64,000 bases of DNA from Prorocentrum cordatum (GCA_963575745.1 CAUYUJ010000154.1:1-64000), one strand, 5' to 3'. Shown: positions 38,184 to 51,302, counted from the stretch's first letter. Notes: generated from the sequence alone by a model not told the origin. Translations and numbers: made by a program.

Positions 38184-40390
38184 AGACTGCATTGGCGCTG
38201 CGCGCCATGTACCTTGGTCCTTTGGAATTCGCACGCTAGCGGAGTGCGAGCGTGCGTACATGCGCACAAACATGCGTCTATGAATGCATAGTACATATGT
38301 ACATGTATATAAACGTTTGTATGGATATTTACATGTATATGCAAATGGTCAGTGTAACTATGTGTGCGCATACACATGCGTTTATCAGGCGGTAGCGGCC
38401 TGACCAGTTGCTCATATCATCGCGCCACTACAAGGCGCGAGGGTCTCAGGCAAACGTGGTCAGACCACCATGGGACAATGCGTCGCCGAGGTCAGTGTTG
38501 CGAGGACGTCCCGGGTGAAAATGGCCTGAACACCTCCGCTCAGGGGAGGGCATATCCGAAGTCAGCCGTGCGAGGAAGTTTCAAGCGAGGAGTGGTCTGA
38601 ACACCTCTGCTCAGGGCATAGATAATGCGTTTGATTTCAAATATTTCAATGCTCTAACTATGCGTGTTGTTAGTATGGTCGATGTTTGTTTTCTCATCTT
38701 GAAATTTGATTTCTGACCGAAATTGGGTAAAGAGGGCCGAAGCTTCCTGGGCCTCCTGCGGTGCCCTGCAGCCCTCCGAGAAGGTCCGCAGCCCGGCCGC
38801 CCCCTCTGCATCTATACCACCCTGCTCCCTGTGCATGGCCCCCCCCTAAGACGAAGCCAGGACGAGGACGCATTCAGGTGAGGGTAGCTCGAGACTCTCA
38901 GAAGTACGGCGTGTGAGGACAAATTCGGGTGACGGCACATTCGGGTGAGGTCTAGCGGCTCTGGATAATGTCTCGGACGCCCCGGCTTTCCCAGAGCGTT
39001 CCGGAACGCTCTGGAACGGATTTTATCCTCGTCCCAGCCCCGTCCGACCTCCATCACCCGACTGGCAGTCAAGCCAGACCTATGAGCCCGCCCACCCCCA
39101 CCATCCCTGTCAGAAAGCAGCACAACATTCCACCAGTCCTTTGGACTGAGGTGGTCCAACATCCTTCAGAGACCTTCAGAAAATCAATGATGCTTGCCGA
39201 CTCGCCGAAGCCTCAAGATGGCGCAAGAGAGGCCCAACATGGGCCCAAACGCGTCCCAGGAGACGAGTTTGATGGCCCGAGGGGGAGGGACAACAATTCA
39301 GGACCCTCACCCTCGCCATCGCTCGGAGGTCCATTCCTCGTCTATTGTTCGATTTCGTGCGTGCTGTGTTTGCCAAATGATCAAGGATGGTCCTCGATGG
39401 CCGTCGCTGAGAAAAAATGCACACCTGTTTGATCCATGGCCGCAAGATGGCCCCCGGAGGCCCGCCAGGGCTCCCAAGGGACCCCCACGAGGGCTCCAGG
39501 AGGGCTCCGAGGCCCCCCAGAGGAGCCCCAAGAGGACCCCAAGATCCCCGACAGAGTCCCAAGATGGCTTCGAGAGGCGACTTTGAGGGCCCTTTCCTCG
39601 TCCTCGTTGTCTTCCTCCTACTCCTGCTGGTCCTTGCCTCATAGTCGTCCTTTTCCCTTTCCTCCTCTTCCTCGTCGTGGTCGTCGTCGTCCTCATCCTC
39701 CTCCTTCGCTCGCCCTGCGCCGGAGCCTGCCGCCATAGGCTCTGGAGCACCGTCGTCGGCCGCGCCGGGGTCCGCTGCGCCGTCCGCCTTCCGCGGGTGC
39801 GCGCAAAGGCGCACGCGGGCACGCGCGCGCCTCAGGGGTCGCAGACGGCGATGAGGACGGCGTCGGCAAGGACGAGGCATCTGAGAGACCTCCCAAGAGA
39901 TCCCCACGGGCATCCAAGAAGCCTCTGACCTACAAGCTGGGCGCAGCGGCAGGATGGACCGAAGGCCACCAGATGCCGCACCCCCCTCGCCCTCTCATCC
40001 TTCCCCGTCCTCCTCATCCTCCTCCTCCTCCTACTACTCATCTTCCTTCCCTGCTCCTCTTCCTTTTCCTCCTCCTCCTCCTCCTCCTGCCTCCTCCCGA
40101 CGGCGCCGACGCCAACGACTGGCACGCGCGACAGGTGTACGGAAAAACAGGTGTAGATTACAAGCACAAGACAGCTCGCCGCTTGGGCCACACCGCCAGC
40201 CCAAACGGCAAGCATAAATCGGGCGTAGCCCCGCACGTATTCGAATGCCCGCACTTCGTCATTGCACTACTCGTATTCCTCCCCGTCCTCCTCCCCATCC
40301 TGATCGTCGTCGTCGTCCTCCTCCTCCTCCTCCTCGTCATCCTCCTCATCCTCATGGACTTCATCGTCTTCCTCCTGCTCCAGCTCAGTT

Positions 40391-40700
40391 TCCTATCGGT
40401 TGCGCCATGGGTTGCGTCTTCGGCGGCTGAGAATAAATCCGTATCCTATCGGCTGCGCCATAGGTTGCGCCCTCGGAAGATGAGAATACAGCCGTCTCCT
40501 ATCGGTTGCGCCGTAGGTTGCGCCCTCGGCGGCCGAGAATAAAACATCGTATTCTATCGGATGCGCCATGGGTTGCGCCCTCGGCGGCCGAATCAATCCG
40601 TCTCCTATGCGTTGCTCCATAGGGTGCGCCCGCGGCGGCCGAGAATAAAACCGTCTCCTATCAGTTGCGCCATAGGTTGCGCCCTTGGCGGCCGAGAATA
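40391..40700. repeat. Minisatellite, ~53-bp unit x6
   Basis: The unit cctatcggttgcgccatrggttgcgccctcggcggccgagaataaa recurs at about 53-bp spacing. Confidence 0.92.
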
Positions 40701-41377
40701 CTACCGTCGCGTAGCGGGTGCGACCAGTCTGTTCAGTTCAGTTCAGTTCAGTTCCATGTACCTCGCGAGAAACGAATTCGGGCTACGCCCAAACAAAAAC
40801 CACTGTTGTTCAAAATCGGCAGCGGTCGCTGTTGGGCAGGCGACTTGCCGTCTCCCGTGCGCAACGCCCGCGGTGACACCAACGCCGAGTCCACCTCCAA
40901 ATGGACAGGAAACGCGGTGGGTCTTCGTCACAGCTCCTTCCGCACCCACTTCGGCCGTACGGGGCAGGGTGGGCCATCCGCCCCCACTCGGCGATGAATG
41001 GGGAGGGAAGCATCGTCCCCCCCCCCCCCCCCCCCGAGTCTATCCCCCCCTGCCGCTGCCCCAGAACGAGGGCGACAACGACGAGGACGAGCACGGCGAA
41101 GACGGCCGCGGCCATGGCGCCGCGCGCGCGGGCCGGCGCTGGCGGGGATCCATGATCCTGGGGCCGTCAAGGGTCACAACAACTTCCTGGACGCTCTGAG
41201 ACCCTTTCTGGCCATCCTCGTGGTCGGCGCGCCGACGTCGACGGGAACCAGAGGTCGAGAAGCTGAAGGGCGTTCAAGGGACCTCCAGAGACCTCAGAAG
41301 ACCGAGGGAGACGCCGACAACGACGTCGAGGACAACGCCTACACAGATCCTCCTCTTCGTCCTCTGAAGCGTCTTCA

Positions 41378-41384
41378 GCATCAG

Positions 41385-41437
<53 letters not shown>

Positions 41438-41763
41438 GCATCATAATCATCATCATGATCATCATGATCATCATCATCAGCAGCAGCAGCATCATCCTCA
41501 TCATCATCAGTAGCATCATCATCCTCATCATCATCATCATCAGCAGCATCATCATCACCATCAGCATCAACATCAGCAACATGAGCATCAGCAACATCAT
41601 CGTCATCATCAGCAACATCAGCAGCGGCATCATCAGCAGCATCATCATCATCGCCATCGGTATCGTTATCGTCATCGTCACCACCATCATCACCATCACC
41701 ACCATCACCAGCACCATCATAATGAGCAACATCATCATCATCATGATCAGTATCAGTATCAGT

Positions 41764-41797
<34 letters not shown>

Positions 41798-42227
41798 CCA
41801 TCATCAGCGTCATCATCACCTGAAGTAGCAAACACAGCAGCATCGTCGTCGTCATCATTATCATCATCACCACTACCATCATCATAAGCATGCGTGCCAT
41901 CATCACCAGAAGCATCACCATTAGCATGAGCATCATCGTCATCAACATCATCGACATCATCACCATCGTGATAGGCAATACCATCATGTCCATCGTCACC
42001 GAAGCATAATCGTCAACAGCACCATCCTCATCAGCATCAACACCAGTCGCATCATCGTCGTCATCATAATCATCGGCAGCAGCAACATCATTTGCATCAG
42101 CATCATCATCTTCATCGTCATGATGAGCATTGATATCATGTTCAACAGCATGATCATAAGCATCATCAGCATCAGCATCGACATCGCCACCACAATCATA
42201 AACATAACCACAATCATGCTCATCACG

Positions 42228-42277
<50 letters not shown>

Positions 42278-42390
42278 TATCATCATCATCATCATCATCA
42301 TCGTCATCAACGTCAGTATCATCATCTTGATCGTCATCGTCATCATCACCATCATCACCATCGCCATCATTGCAATCGTTATCGTCATTC
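41378..42390. repeat. (CAT)n microsatellite tract
   Basis: Direct reading. A similar (GAT)n tract is at 6287-6550. Confidence 0.98.
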
Positions 42391-42624
42391 GGCCAACCTC
42401 GTCCCTCACCGTGTGCATCTCCGGTACCTATCCACGTCACCCTGGTCGAAATCAAAATCGTCCTCCGTCCTTATCCTCCTGCGTCCGACTGCTCCTTGTC
42501 CCTCCTGTGCCCCTCACTCTCCTTACCCTGTCCGCTGTCGCCATCGCCCTGTCGTCTCCTCGCCATCCCCACTCGCACCCTCGTCCTCACCCTCGGCCTC
42601 CTCCAAGCAGCCCTTTTGTACTTC

Positions 42625-43017
42625 CCGGTCAGGCGATGGCGGGGATCCATCCTTACCCACCGCCCAGGGCACTGAATTCCTGGGGCCCAGTGGCAAGGCG
42701 GAATACACTGAGGCCCCAGAGGGCTCGAACATTAGCCCCGTGCACCGCAAAGGTCTCCAAAGATCGATCCCCCAGGCGGCGGTTACGAGGGCGTCTTCTT
42801 CAGACTCAGACACAGGCAAATTCACGTGCAGGGCATTCACCCCCCCTGATTACCCCTTCTATCCGCCGCCTTGTCAAGCAACGCTGGGCTAAATAGGCGT
42901 GCAAGTGGGTCCTTGCTTGCGTGCAATTCAGGTTCCCTTTCGTGCCTCGCCACGCCCTCCTCCCTTCCCCCTCCTCCGTGCATATGAACTCGCCAGAGTC
43001 GAAAGACAAAAGGCCTC
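42625..43017. repeat. Dispersed repeat family O (~390 bp); inverted copy ~52113-52495
   Basis: ccccagagggctcgaacattagcc and tcttcagactcagacacaggc appear reverse-complemented at 52387-52410 and 52317-52337. Confidence 0.8.
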
Positions 43018-44281
43018 CATGGACAAATCTCAGCCCTCGCCCCCGCTCCAAGGCAGCGGCAAGCTGGGGCTCGGGCGTCGCTGAATGGGGGGGATATGTG
43101 CACCTCTCGGCACTGAAGGCCCCACTTGGCTCCTGAAGAGCCCTCTCAGGGGCACTAGAAAACTCTTTTCTCTGAGGAAATCAGAAAGTACCGTTACCGC
43201 CACTGCCCGAACCTCTCCCGGGATGCGTTCTGACTAGGATTTCGAGGCGAATCCAGCGGTGGCGACGAGGCCCTCCCAGGAGGCCCAGATGAGGGGAAAA
43301 CGAGGGGGGGTAGCGGCAGGGGCACCTTTTCCTCCCCTGAGCTTCGCTGCCCCATCCCTCACATCGCCCCTTCCAATCAGGCGACGCCCACATGGCGCGC
43401 GGCTCCCGAGCCCCAACCTTGCCGTCGCCCAGGGCCCGCCCCGAGGGCTGTGCGGCGCCTCCTCCGCGCCGCCGCCGCCCGCGGGGGCAGCCACGGCCGC
43501 CGCGAGGCCTTCCCCGTGGGGGCGCGGGGGGCGGGCGGCCAATGGGCTGCAGCGGACGCGCGGGCTCGGGGAGCGTCCACGCAGAGGGCACGTCTGCAGG
43601 AGGCCGTGCGCGAACCCCAGCCCAGCCACCCCACAATTTCATAGGGGGGAGGCGGGGTTCACTTCGTTCGGGAGGTCCCGAACCAAGTGAACCCGACCTC
43701 CCCCCTCAGAAATCGTGGGGTGGCTGGGTGGGGGTTCGCATGCGGCCTCCTAGTCGGTGACAACTCATGGGAACATCCCGTGCCATGTTGCTGGCTGTTG
43801 CGACTCAGCGCCAATCAACGCCCACCGAAGCTCATCGACGCTAGATCGAGGCCACATCGACGCGAATAGACGCCAAATCGGCGCTTTCTCATGGACTACC
43901 AGACGCTAGCGCACGCTCGTGCACTCAGAAGACGGAACTCCGAGGACAAACCAGGCTCCCATGATTTGCGACCGCAGAAAATACTGTGTACACCACCACC
44001 CTGCCCGTCCAGGGACATATTGGGACGTGGCATGGCGCATGGACCTCACAAGCCTCGACAAAAAGGCCTGTGTACCATCCTGGGTTTCAGCGTGGTCCTG
44101 GCCAGGCATGGCATGGTGGTGGTGTGCAAGGGCCCTCCGCGACCTCGGCGTACGGCAGGCCAAGAAGAACTCGGGGTGGGCAGGCCGTTTTGGGACACGA
44201 GTCAATAATCGAGGATGTCTCGAGCTTTCAGGGCTTCCACTGATCCGAAACAGTCCCGAAACAGACCTTCTGGTGGGATCT

Positions 44282-45400
44282 TCAGGACCTCGGCGTCCAC
44301 AAAGGGTTCTTGTAACATTCTTTGATGGGCCTATAGGCCAGCCAAGACGTCGCGCTACTGGTTGAAACTTGGCAGCGGCGATGGACCGCGCAAGGACTTT
44401 CTCCCCGCTCTCGCTGAGGATCTTGCAATCGTCGATTGGCTCGACCAACCCAGTGCTGGCAGATCTCGACCCACTCCTCGTCGCTGGCGACATGAGCGCT
44501 GGCCTTCGGGGCTGTCCCTGGCCGCTCCTCTCGGGGTTTGAGGAGGCGGGCTGGCTCCAGCAGTCGCTGCTTCACGTGGGGGGCAGCGAAGTCGACGGCC
44601 CTCGCCGGTCCAGCCAGGCCGGGCCTGGGGAGCCCCGCAAGGAGCTCCCCCAACAGCACTGGCCCCCCGCGCTCGACCTCCTGGCCGCTGTGGCTAAGCC
44701 CCGATGCCTCCACAAACTTCGCCCCGCCTGGCTGAACAACGCGGCGGCGTCGCAGATGATTTTCGGCGCTGCCTGCTGGGTCTGCGAGGCCATGCGAGGC
44801 CGCGGCCTCGTCGCCCCCCCGGCTGGCCCCTCGCCCTCGGCGTTCAGGCCCAATGCGGTGGCCGATTCGACACCTTCGCGGCGCGCCTGCTTCGCGAGAC
44901 GCCAGCGAACCGGCGGCTATACTCCTCCGCCGGATGGAGTGCATTATGCGCGACGACGCGCTGCCCGCGGATCCGGCTGCGCGGAGCCAGCGCAACGGAA
45001 GCGGCCCCCGAACTCCCCGGAAGTCGGGTCGGCAGGCGGCGACGAGCTCGACAATGCACCCCAGATGGGTCCTCGCGAGACAGCCGCGCCTGAGCACTGC
45101 CGCCGCCAGGCCGCCAATGCTTCCTTCGGCGGAGGAGGGGGCCCAGCTCATGTTCCCTGCTGCGACTGCCGCAGAGGAGGCAGCCCCCCCCCCCGCGCGG
45201 TTGCCTTCCACGTCTGGATCTGGGCCCCACGCCTCCCTCGCCAGGGCCGAACGTCGCGGCTCGCCTGGTAGATCCGCGCCGAATAGGTCTTCTTGGCCTC
45301 GCCGCTGAGGCGGAGGAAGCGCCCAGCGAGCCCGCCGCCTCTCGTCGCCGCTCTTCACCAAAACCGCCCGTATGGCTGCTGCTCCGCCTGGGTGACCTCC
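44282..45400 (-). pseudogene. Degenerate pol (RT-proximal) fragment of a probable DIRS-like retroelement
   Basis: A frameshifted peptide reads GLPRPGLAGPARAVDFAAPHVKQRLLEPARLLKPREERPGTAPKASAHVASDEEWVEIC / LVEPIDDCKILSESGEKVL...ARRL...PSKNVTRTLCG. From recall, not a search, this resembles the region leading into the RT of dinoflagellate tyrosine-recombinase retroelements. No catalytic YxDD is visible. Confidence 0.5.
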
Positions 45401-45431
45401 TGGCGCCTGCCTCACAGTCCGGCCGCGGGCT

Positions 45432-45622
45432 TCGGGTCGGGCGAAAGGGGGGGATAGCAAAGGGGGGGTTTGAGAATCAGCTCACATAGCTGATTTCCCC
45501 GGCGCCTCCCAGCGCCGGAGGCGGCTTATGTGGGAGGGGCCCCTCGGCGGGGCCGAAACCAGCAGCATGCAGCAAATTTCGCACCCCCCCCTTTCCCAAT
45601 CCCTTCCTTTCGTCCGGCCCGA
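45432..45622. mobile_element. MITE family J copy 2, flanked by a 34-bp direct duplication
   Basis: Same element as 30154-30349. The flanks 45398-45431 and 45623-45656 are identical. Confidence 0.92.
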
Positions 45623-45998
45623 TCCTGGCGCCTGCCTCACAGTCCGGCCGCGGGCTGACGTCCGCGGCCCGGAGGCCACCCCCGTGGGCGACCGACGGCC
45701 GCGGCGGCCGCCTCCACCTGGCGAGCAGGACTTGAAGCCCACGGGGCGCCCCGCAGGCGCCGCGTGCTGGAAGGGCGCGGGAGCCCCAAGTACCGTTTAA
45801 GTCGGGCGTGTCCCCCTACAGGGCGATTTTCGACGTTAAAATTATCCCGGCAAAGCAACCTAACAGCGATGTGTAGGAGCATATATGGAAGCATTCCCCT
45901 TAAGATTCAAATGAGAATACTGTTGTAGAATTCTGCTGTTCTCGCAGTCGTAGTCGCATTCGCGATGACAATCGCAGCGACAGCGGCAGTCGCAGTCA

Positions 45999-47200
45999 CA
46001 GCCTCAGCCTCAGCCTGCCTCAGCCTCAGCCTCAGTCTGCCTCAGCCTCAGCCTGCCTCAGCCACAGCCTCACCCTGCATCAGCCTCAACATCAGTCTAC
46101 CTTCAGCCTCGGCCTCAGCCTCAGCCTGCCTCAGCCTCAGCCTACCTCAGCCTCAGCCTCAGCCTCAGCCTGCCTCAGCCTCGGCCTCAGCCTGCCTCTG
46201 CCTCAGCCTCAGCCTGCTTCAGCCTCAGCCTCAGTCTGCCTTCAGCCTCGGCCTCAGCCTCAGCCTGCCTCAGCCTCAGCCTACCTCAGCCTCAGCCTCA
46301 GCCTCAGCCTGCCTCAGCCTCAGCCTCAGCCTCAGCCTCAGCCTGCTCAGCCTCAGCCTCAGTCTGCCTTCAGCCTCGGATTCAGCCTGCCTCAGCCTGA
46401 TCCTGCCTCAGACTCAGCCTCAGCCTCAGCCTGCCTCAGCGTCACCCTGCATCAGCCTCAGCCTCAGCCTCAGCCTGCCTCAGCCTCAGCCTGCCTCTGC
46501 CTCAGCCTGCCTCTGCCTCAGCATCAATCTGCCTTCAGCCTAGCCCTCAGCCTAAACCTCAGCCTGCCTCAGCCTCAGCCTCAGCCTGCTTCAGCCTCAG
46601 CCTCAGTCTGCCTTCAGCCTCGGATTCAGCCTGCCTCAGCCTGAGCAGCCTCAGCCTCAGCCTCAGCCTGCCTCAGCCTCAGCCTGCCTCTGCCTCAGCC
46701 TGCCTCAGCCTCAGCAGCCTCAAGCCTCTGCCTTCAGCCTCGGCCTCAGCCTCAGCCTGCCTCAGCACCAGCCTGCCTCAGCCTCAGCCTCAGCCTGCCT
46801 CAGCCTCAGCCTCAGCCTGCTTCAGCCTCAGCCTCAGTCTGCCTTCAGCCTCGGATTCAGCCTGCCTCAGCCTGAGCCTGCCTCAGACTCAGCCTCAGCC
46901 TCAGCCTGCAGCCTCAGCCTGCATCAGCCTCAGCCTCAGCCTCAGCCTGCCTCAGCCTCAGCCTGCCTCTGCCTCAGCCTGCCTCAGCCTCAGCATCAAT
47001 CTGCCTTCAGCCTCGGCCTCAGCCTCAGCCTGCCTCAGCACCAGCCTGCCTCAGCCTAAACCTCAGCCTGCCTCAGCCTCAGCCTCAGCCTGCTTCAGCC
47101 TCAGCCTCAGTCTGCCTTCAGCCTCGGTCTCAGCCTGCCTCAGCCTCAGGCTGCCTCAGCCTCAGCCTGCATCAGCCTCAGCCTCAGCCTCAGCCTGCCT
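45999..47200. repeat. (CCTCAG)n hexamer satellite with higher-order structure
   Basis: About 1.2 kb of cctcag/cctg units. The variant agtctgccttcagcctcggattcagc recurs at about 46361, 46604 and 46835. Confidence 0.97.
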
Positions 47201-48760
47201 GAGCATCATCCGGAGCCCTTCGCGGCGCAGCTTGGCGCGGTCTGCCCGCCGCGCCGCGACGCGCTCCTCCGACTCGCGGCGACGCTGGGCTCGGCGTCGA
47301 GAGGAACGAGGGCCATCAACCTGGCGACGTACAAATTCACATCCTTGACGGCCATAGTCCGCACCTTCCTGCGAGACTGCGTCGAGGGCCTGCGCCGTCG
47401 CGCCAGTCAGCCCCTTCTCGAGCACCGTCGCCAAGGTCCGGAGCAGCCGCGTCTCTTCGCTGCCCATGCCTTCCATGGTGCTCGGTGAAAGACAGAATGT
47501 CCAGGAAGGCTCGGCAGCAGTGGGGGAACTCGCCCAGCGGCGCGCGCGGCGAACTGACTCCTCAGCGTCTCGAGGCCCGACCTGAGGAAGTAGCTGGGGC
47601 GCCGCGCTGCAAGCATGATCAAGTTGTCGTGCTTCACCTTGGCCTCCCTTGCGTCAGTGTCGAAGTCGGCGTCCGACTGCGCCCGCATTGCCGTCTGGCC
47701 CTGAGCTGGCCCCTCGCCGGCGCACGAGCCGATCGATGAGCTTCATCTCGCATCAGCTCCGCTTCTCTCTGCGCTGCCTCGCTGGTCTTACCTTCTCGAT
47801 AGCTCGAACGGCCGGCGCAGCCTGAACCATCTGAACGCTCACCTCTGGGCCAGCCTCTGCAGCCTGTCGCAGGGGATTCGCACCGCACCGAGCCTGCAGC
47901 AGCTCCGCGGTCCTCTCGCCGTGCTCTCCCACGTCCTTGAGACCACGCATCGCCTCGGCGAGAGGGCCTCACCGCGGGCCCGGCCCTCTGCAGCTCGACG
48001 TGGCCTCGGACCGCCCTCGTCGCCGGCGTGGCTCTCGATCGGCGGCCAGCGACGCCAGGCCCGCGCGGGGCGCGCCGGCCTGGCCTCTCCAAGGAGGCCT
48101 CCACCAGCGCGCTGCTGCGCTTGGCCGCCCGCTCGCGAGCTGGCGGTGCCACGGCGGGGGGCACCAGCGGCAGCGCGCCGGGGGCGATGAGCAATAAAGT
48201 ACCCCTAACCCACTGGGAGGGGGCCTAAGTTAGGAGGGCCCCGAAAATGAGAAGCAGGGAGTCTTTGCTGCAGATGCACCAATCAGACCAAGCCGCCCAG
48301 AACTATGATCCCCAATGAGAAGACGGGCACCTACGTAAGTGAGGCTACGTCTTCATCGTGCGATTCGGGTTCGGGGCTCTTCGGTTCTAAGTGAAGGGGT
48401 GCCACGCCGCCGACCCCGACCAGGCACCGGCTCGCTGTCGTCAAGCTCGAGCAGGTCCTCGGCGATGGCGTCGTCGTCCTCGGCCCCGGCAAGGCCGCCG
48501 CGGCGGGCCGCCCGGCGCCCTGGGGCGGGGCGGACACGCCACTGCGAGGCGGCTCCGCCCGCCCCTGCAGCAGCATCCTCCGCTGGGCTCTCGCCCGGGG
48601 GGGGCGTCGCCACCTGGCCCGGTTGCGGGCAGCACCCCGTCGCAGCCCCCTCGACGCCCCACCTGCGGAGGAGCCGCCACGACAGGGCAGGATCGAGCCT
48701 CTCCGCTGCGCAGGTCGAGCAGCGTCTGTGGTGAGCGAACGCCCTGCTCACCCAACGCCC
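47200..48760 (-). pseudogene. Frameshifted coding-like relic, possibly the gag-like ORF of the same element
   Basis: Short overlapping minus-strand ORFs have protein-like composition (EDDDAIAEDLLELDD; AKVKHDNLIMLAARRPSYFLRSGLETLRSQF; MGSEETRLLRTLATVLEKGL). They lie upstream of, and co-oriented with, the pol-like fragment. Confidence 0.35.
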
Positions 48761-50205
48761 TCGCGGGACCACTCGAAGTGTGGATCCGAAGCCCCGAGGT
48801 GATCGAACTCGATCGTGGGCCTTTCGACGCCTCTGGGTGCCAGCACGGCGCACACGCACGAGCTCCGATCCCTGCGAAATCCATTGCTCGTCGAGCACTC
48901 CCGGGAACCAGCTCGGTGTTGATCCGCAGACAGCTGCTGGCCAGCGGCCCAGGTCCGGCAGCCCCCGCCCCTCCGCGGGACATCGGTTCGCCGCGCCAGC
49001 CGCCATCAGCCGAGGCCCGAGGCACTGGCCAGAGTCCTCACAACTCACTCGCGGGCAGTGCTGCTGGGGGGCGATGGCTGTGGTGCAATACGTGCTTTGT
49101 GCAATACGCATGTGCTGCAACCTATGTGGCGAAATATGTGTGAGGCGACATCCATGTGTGTGCCATATCTGTTGCATAGGGTATGCGATGCGGTCCACGT
49201 GGTGCAATTTGCACTTTGTGCCATAGAAGTGGTGCAATATGTATATATATAGATAGATAGATATGTGGCGTGCCATCTGTGTGGTGCACTCTATGTGGTG
49301 CAATCTAGTTGGAACAATACATGTTTGCGCGGCGACGGGGCGGCGACGGGGCGGCGACGACGGCAACAGAGCCGCCAGACCGACACACAGACCCGGGCGA
49401 CGGGTGGCGACGGGGCGGCGCCGGCGGCAACATAGCCGCCAGACTGCCAGACAGGCCCAGACGACGGGCGGCGACCAGGCGGCGACAGCGGCGACATGGC
49501 CGCCAGACTGCCAGACAGGCCCAGTCCCTCAAAGGAGCAGCAAGAAACCCTAGGTGCAAGCAGTGGTTGGGGAAGGTCCCCCTGCTCCTGCTCTCCATTC
49601 CCCTCCTCCTCCTCCTCATCCTCATCCATCGCCTTATGTTTTCCATGCTCCTCCTCCTTCCTGCCTCCTCCCAACCACGGAGGTAACGAACCCAACGACG
49701 AGGCCAACGGCGGGCGACGCCGACGCGAGCGACTGGCGCGCACGAAATTGGTACGGACTACCAGGGGTACGATCTGACAAAGGCCGAGGCTAGGCAGCCG
49801 ACAACGGCCGAGGCTACCCATCCACCTTCCCTGCTCAATCTCCTCCTCCTCCTCCTCCTCCTCCTCCTCCTCCTCCTCCTCCCGACGAGGCCGACGAGGC
49901 CGACGCCAACGACTTGCCCGCGCGACCAGAGTACGAAGAACATGTGTAAGATTACAAAAGCAAATGTTGTCAAACATCGACAACGGTCGCTGTTGGGCAG
50001 GCGACTTTCCATCTCAAATGGACGACGCCCGCGGTGGCACCAACAACGACTCCTCTTCAAAACGACAAGGAATTGCGATCGGCCTTTGCCTCCGTAGTGT
50101 CCACACCCGCTCCGATCGCACTGAACCGAACCTGCCGAAGAAAGCGACGCCGCTAACGGCACAGCAGGCCCGCTGAAACCTCCTGAGGGGGTACGGCAGA
50201 TTTGA

Positions 50206-50362
50206 CTACCTACCAGATCACCCCAACCCAACCCGATGAAGCGAATTTCGGGTTGGGGGGTAGGGGTTCCACATGTGTGTTGTCAATGTTTCCCGACCCC
50301 CACCACTGGAAATCGAGATTAATCTGAGCCTTCGGGTTGGGTTGGGGTGGTCTGGTGGGTGG
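50206..50362. mobile_element. MITE family V with TGA flanks; copy 56973-57132
   Basis: TGA|ctacctaccagatcaccccaacccaacccga...tcgggttgggttggggtggtctggtgggtgg|TGA. The second copy has the same flanks. Confidence 0.8.
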
Positions 50363-51246
50363 TGAAGATTGGTGAAAGGACCCCGATGGCGAAACCGCGC
50401 ATTCCTGGGCGGGCGGGGTGGAATATCGGGCCCCTTATCGGCGATACATGTGAAGGGGCCCTGGGGATCGTCGATTAATTGTGTCTGTGTGTTTTGTTCC
50501 CTCTTGAACATGGGCCATTTGCGGTCGATGCCATCCCCCCTGAGCCTATCCCCCCTAGCGGGCAACCCCCCGAGCGCTCTCGGCGGGGCGAAGCTGCGGG
50601 AGCGCACCCCGACGTCGACAGACCGCCGCGCTTAGGCGAAGCGCCACAGAAAACCTCGAGCCCTGATCCCTGAGCCTGGCCTATCCTAACCCTGATGCGT
50701 GCCCTGGAAACACCGCGGCCAACGACGGCGGCAGAGGCGACGACGAGAGACCGCTGGTCTTTAGAATCTGGCAAGCTTGCTTGTGGGGAAACCCGAAAGG
50801 AAGGCTGGAGCTGACGCAAGCTGGGGCTCGCTTCCACGCCGCTTCGACCTGGCACTGCTCGAACAGGCGGCGGAAAGGGGGAGAGGAAATGCGGAGCAAC
50901 AAAAACTTGCCTGAGTCGATAGAATCGGGGAGCCGTGACACTCGGGTTCGGGGGACTCAGGTTGGCCTGACGGGGCCATCACGAAAATGACGAGACCCCG
51001 TCTGAAATTTGATGCGAGCTCCTGCTGCAAACATCCCACGGAAACTGGACCGTCAATATCCAAAACGCGCTCGTCAAAAAGCGTCGGCAAACCTGGGTGC
51101 CAGCGTACTGGAGTCTTACGTTTTCCCGACCGACCGCGTCTGGGGAAACTCCGCACTTCAGCATCTCCTTCGGCAAGGAGGGGAAATGCCATGCAAGTTA
51201 ACGACGACGACGAGGTCGACGAGTAGGACGACGAGGACGACGACGA

Positions 51247-51302
<56 letters not shown>

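Noticed and set aside
41167..42896. Long poly-D/M/I/H ORFs, and similar poly-E/G/R/P/Q ORFs at 4.8-6.7, 9.3-9.9, 12-13, 27.3-28.3, 30.3-31.5 and 52.4-54.2 kb
   Set aside because: These are translations of trinucleotide microsatellites with no domain signal.
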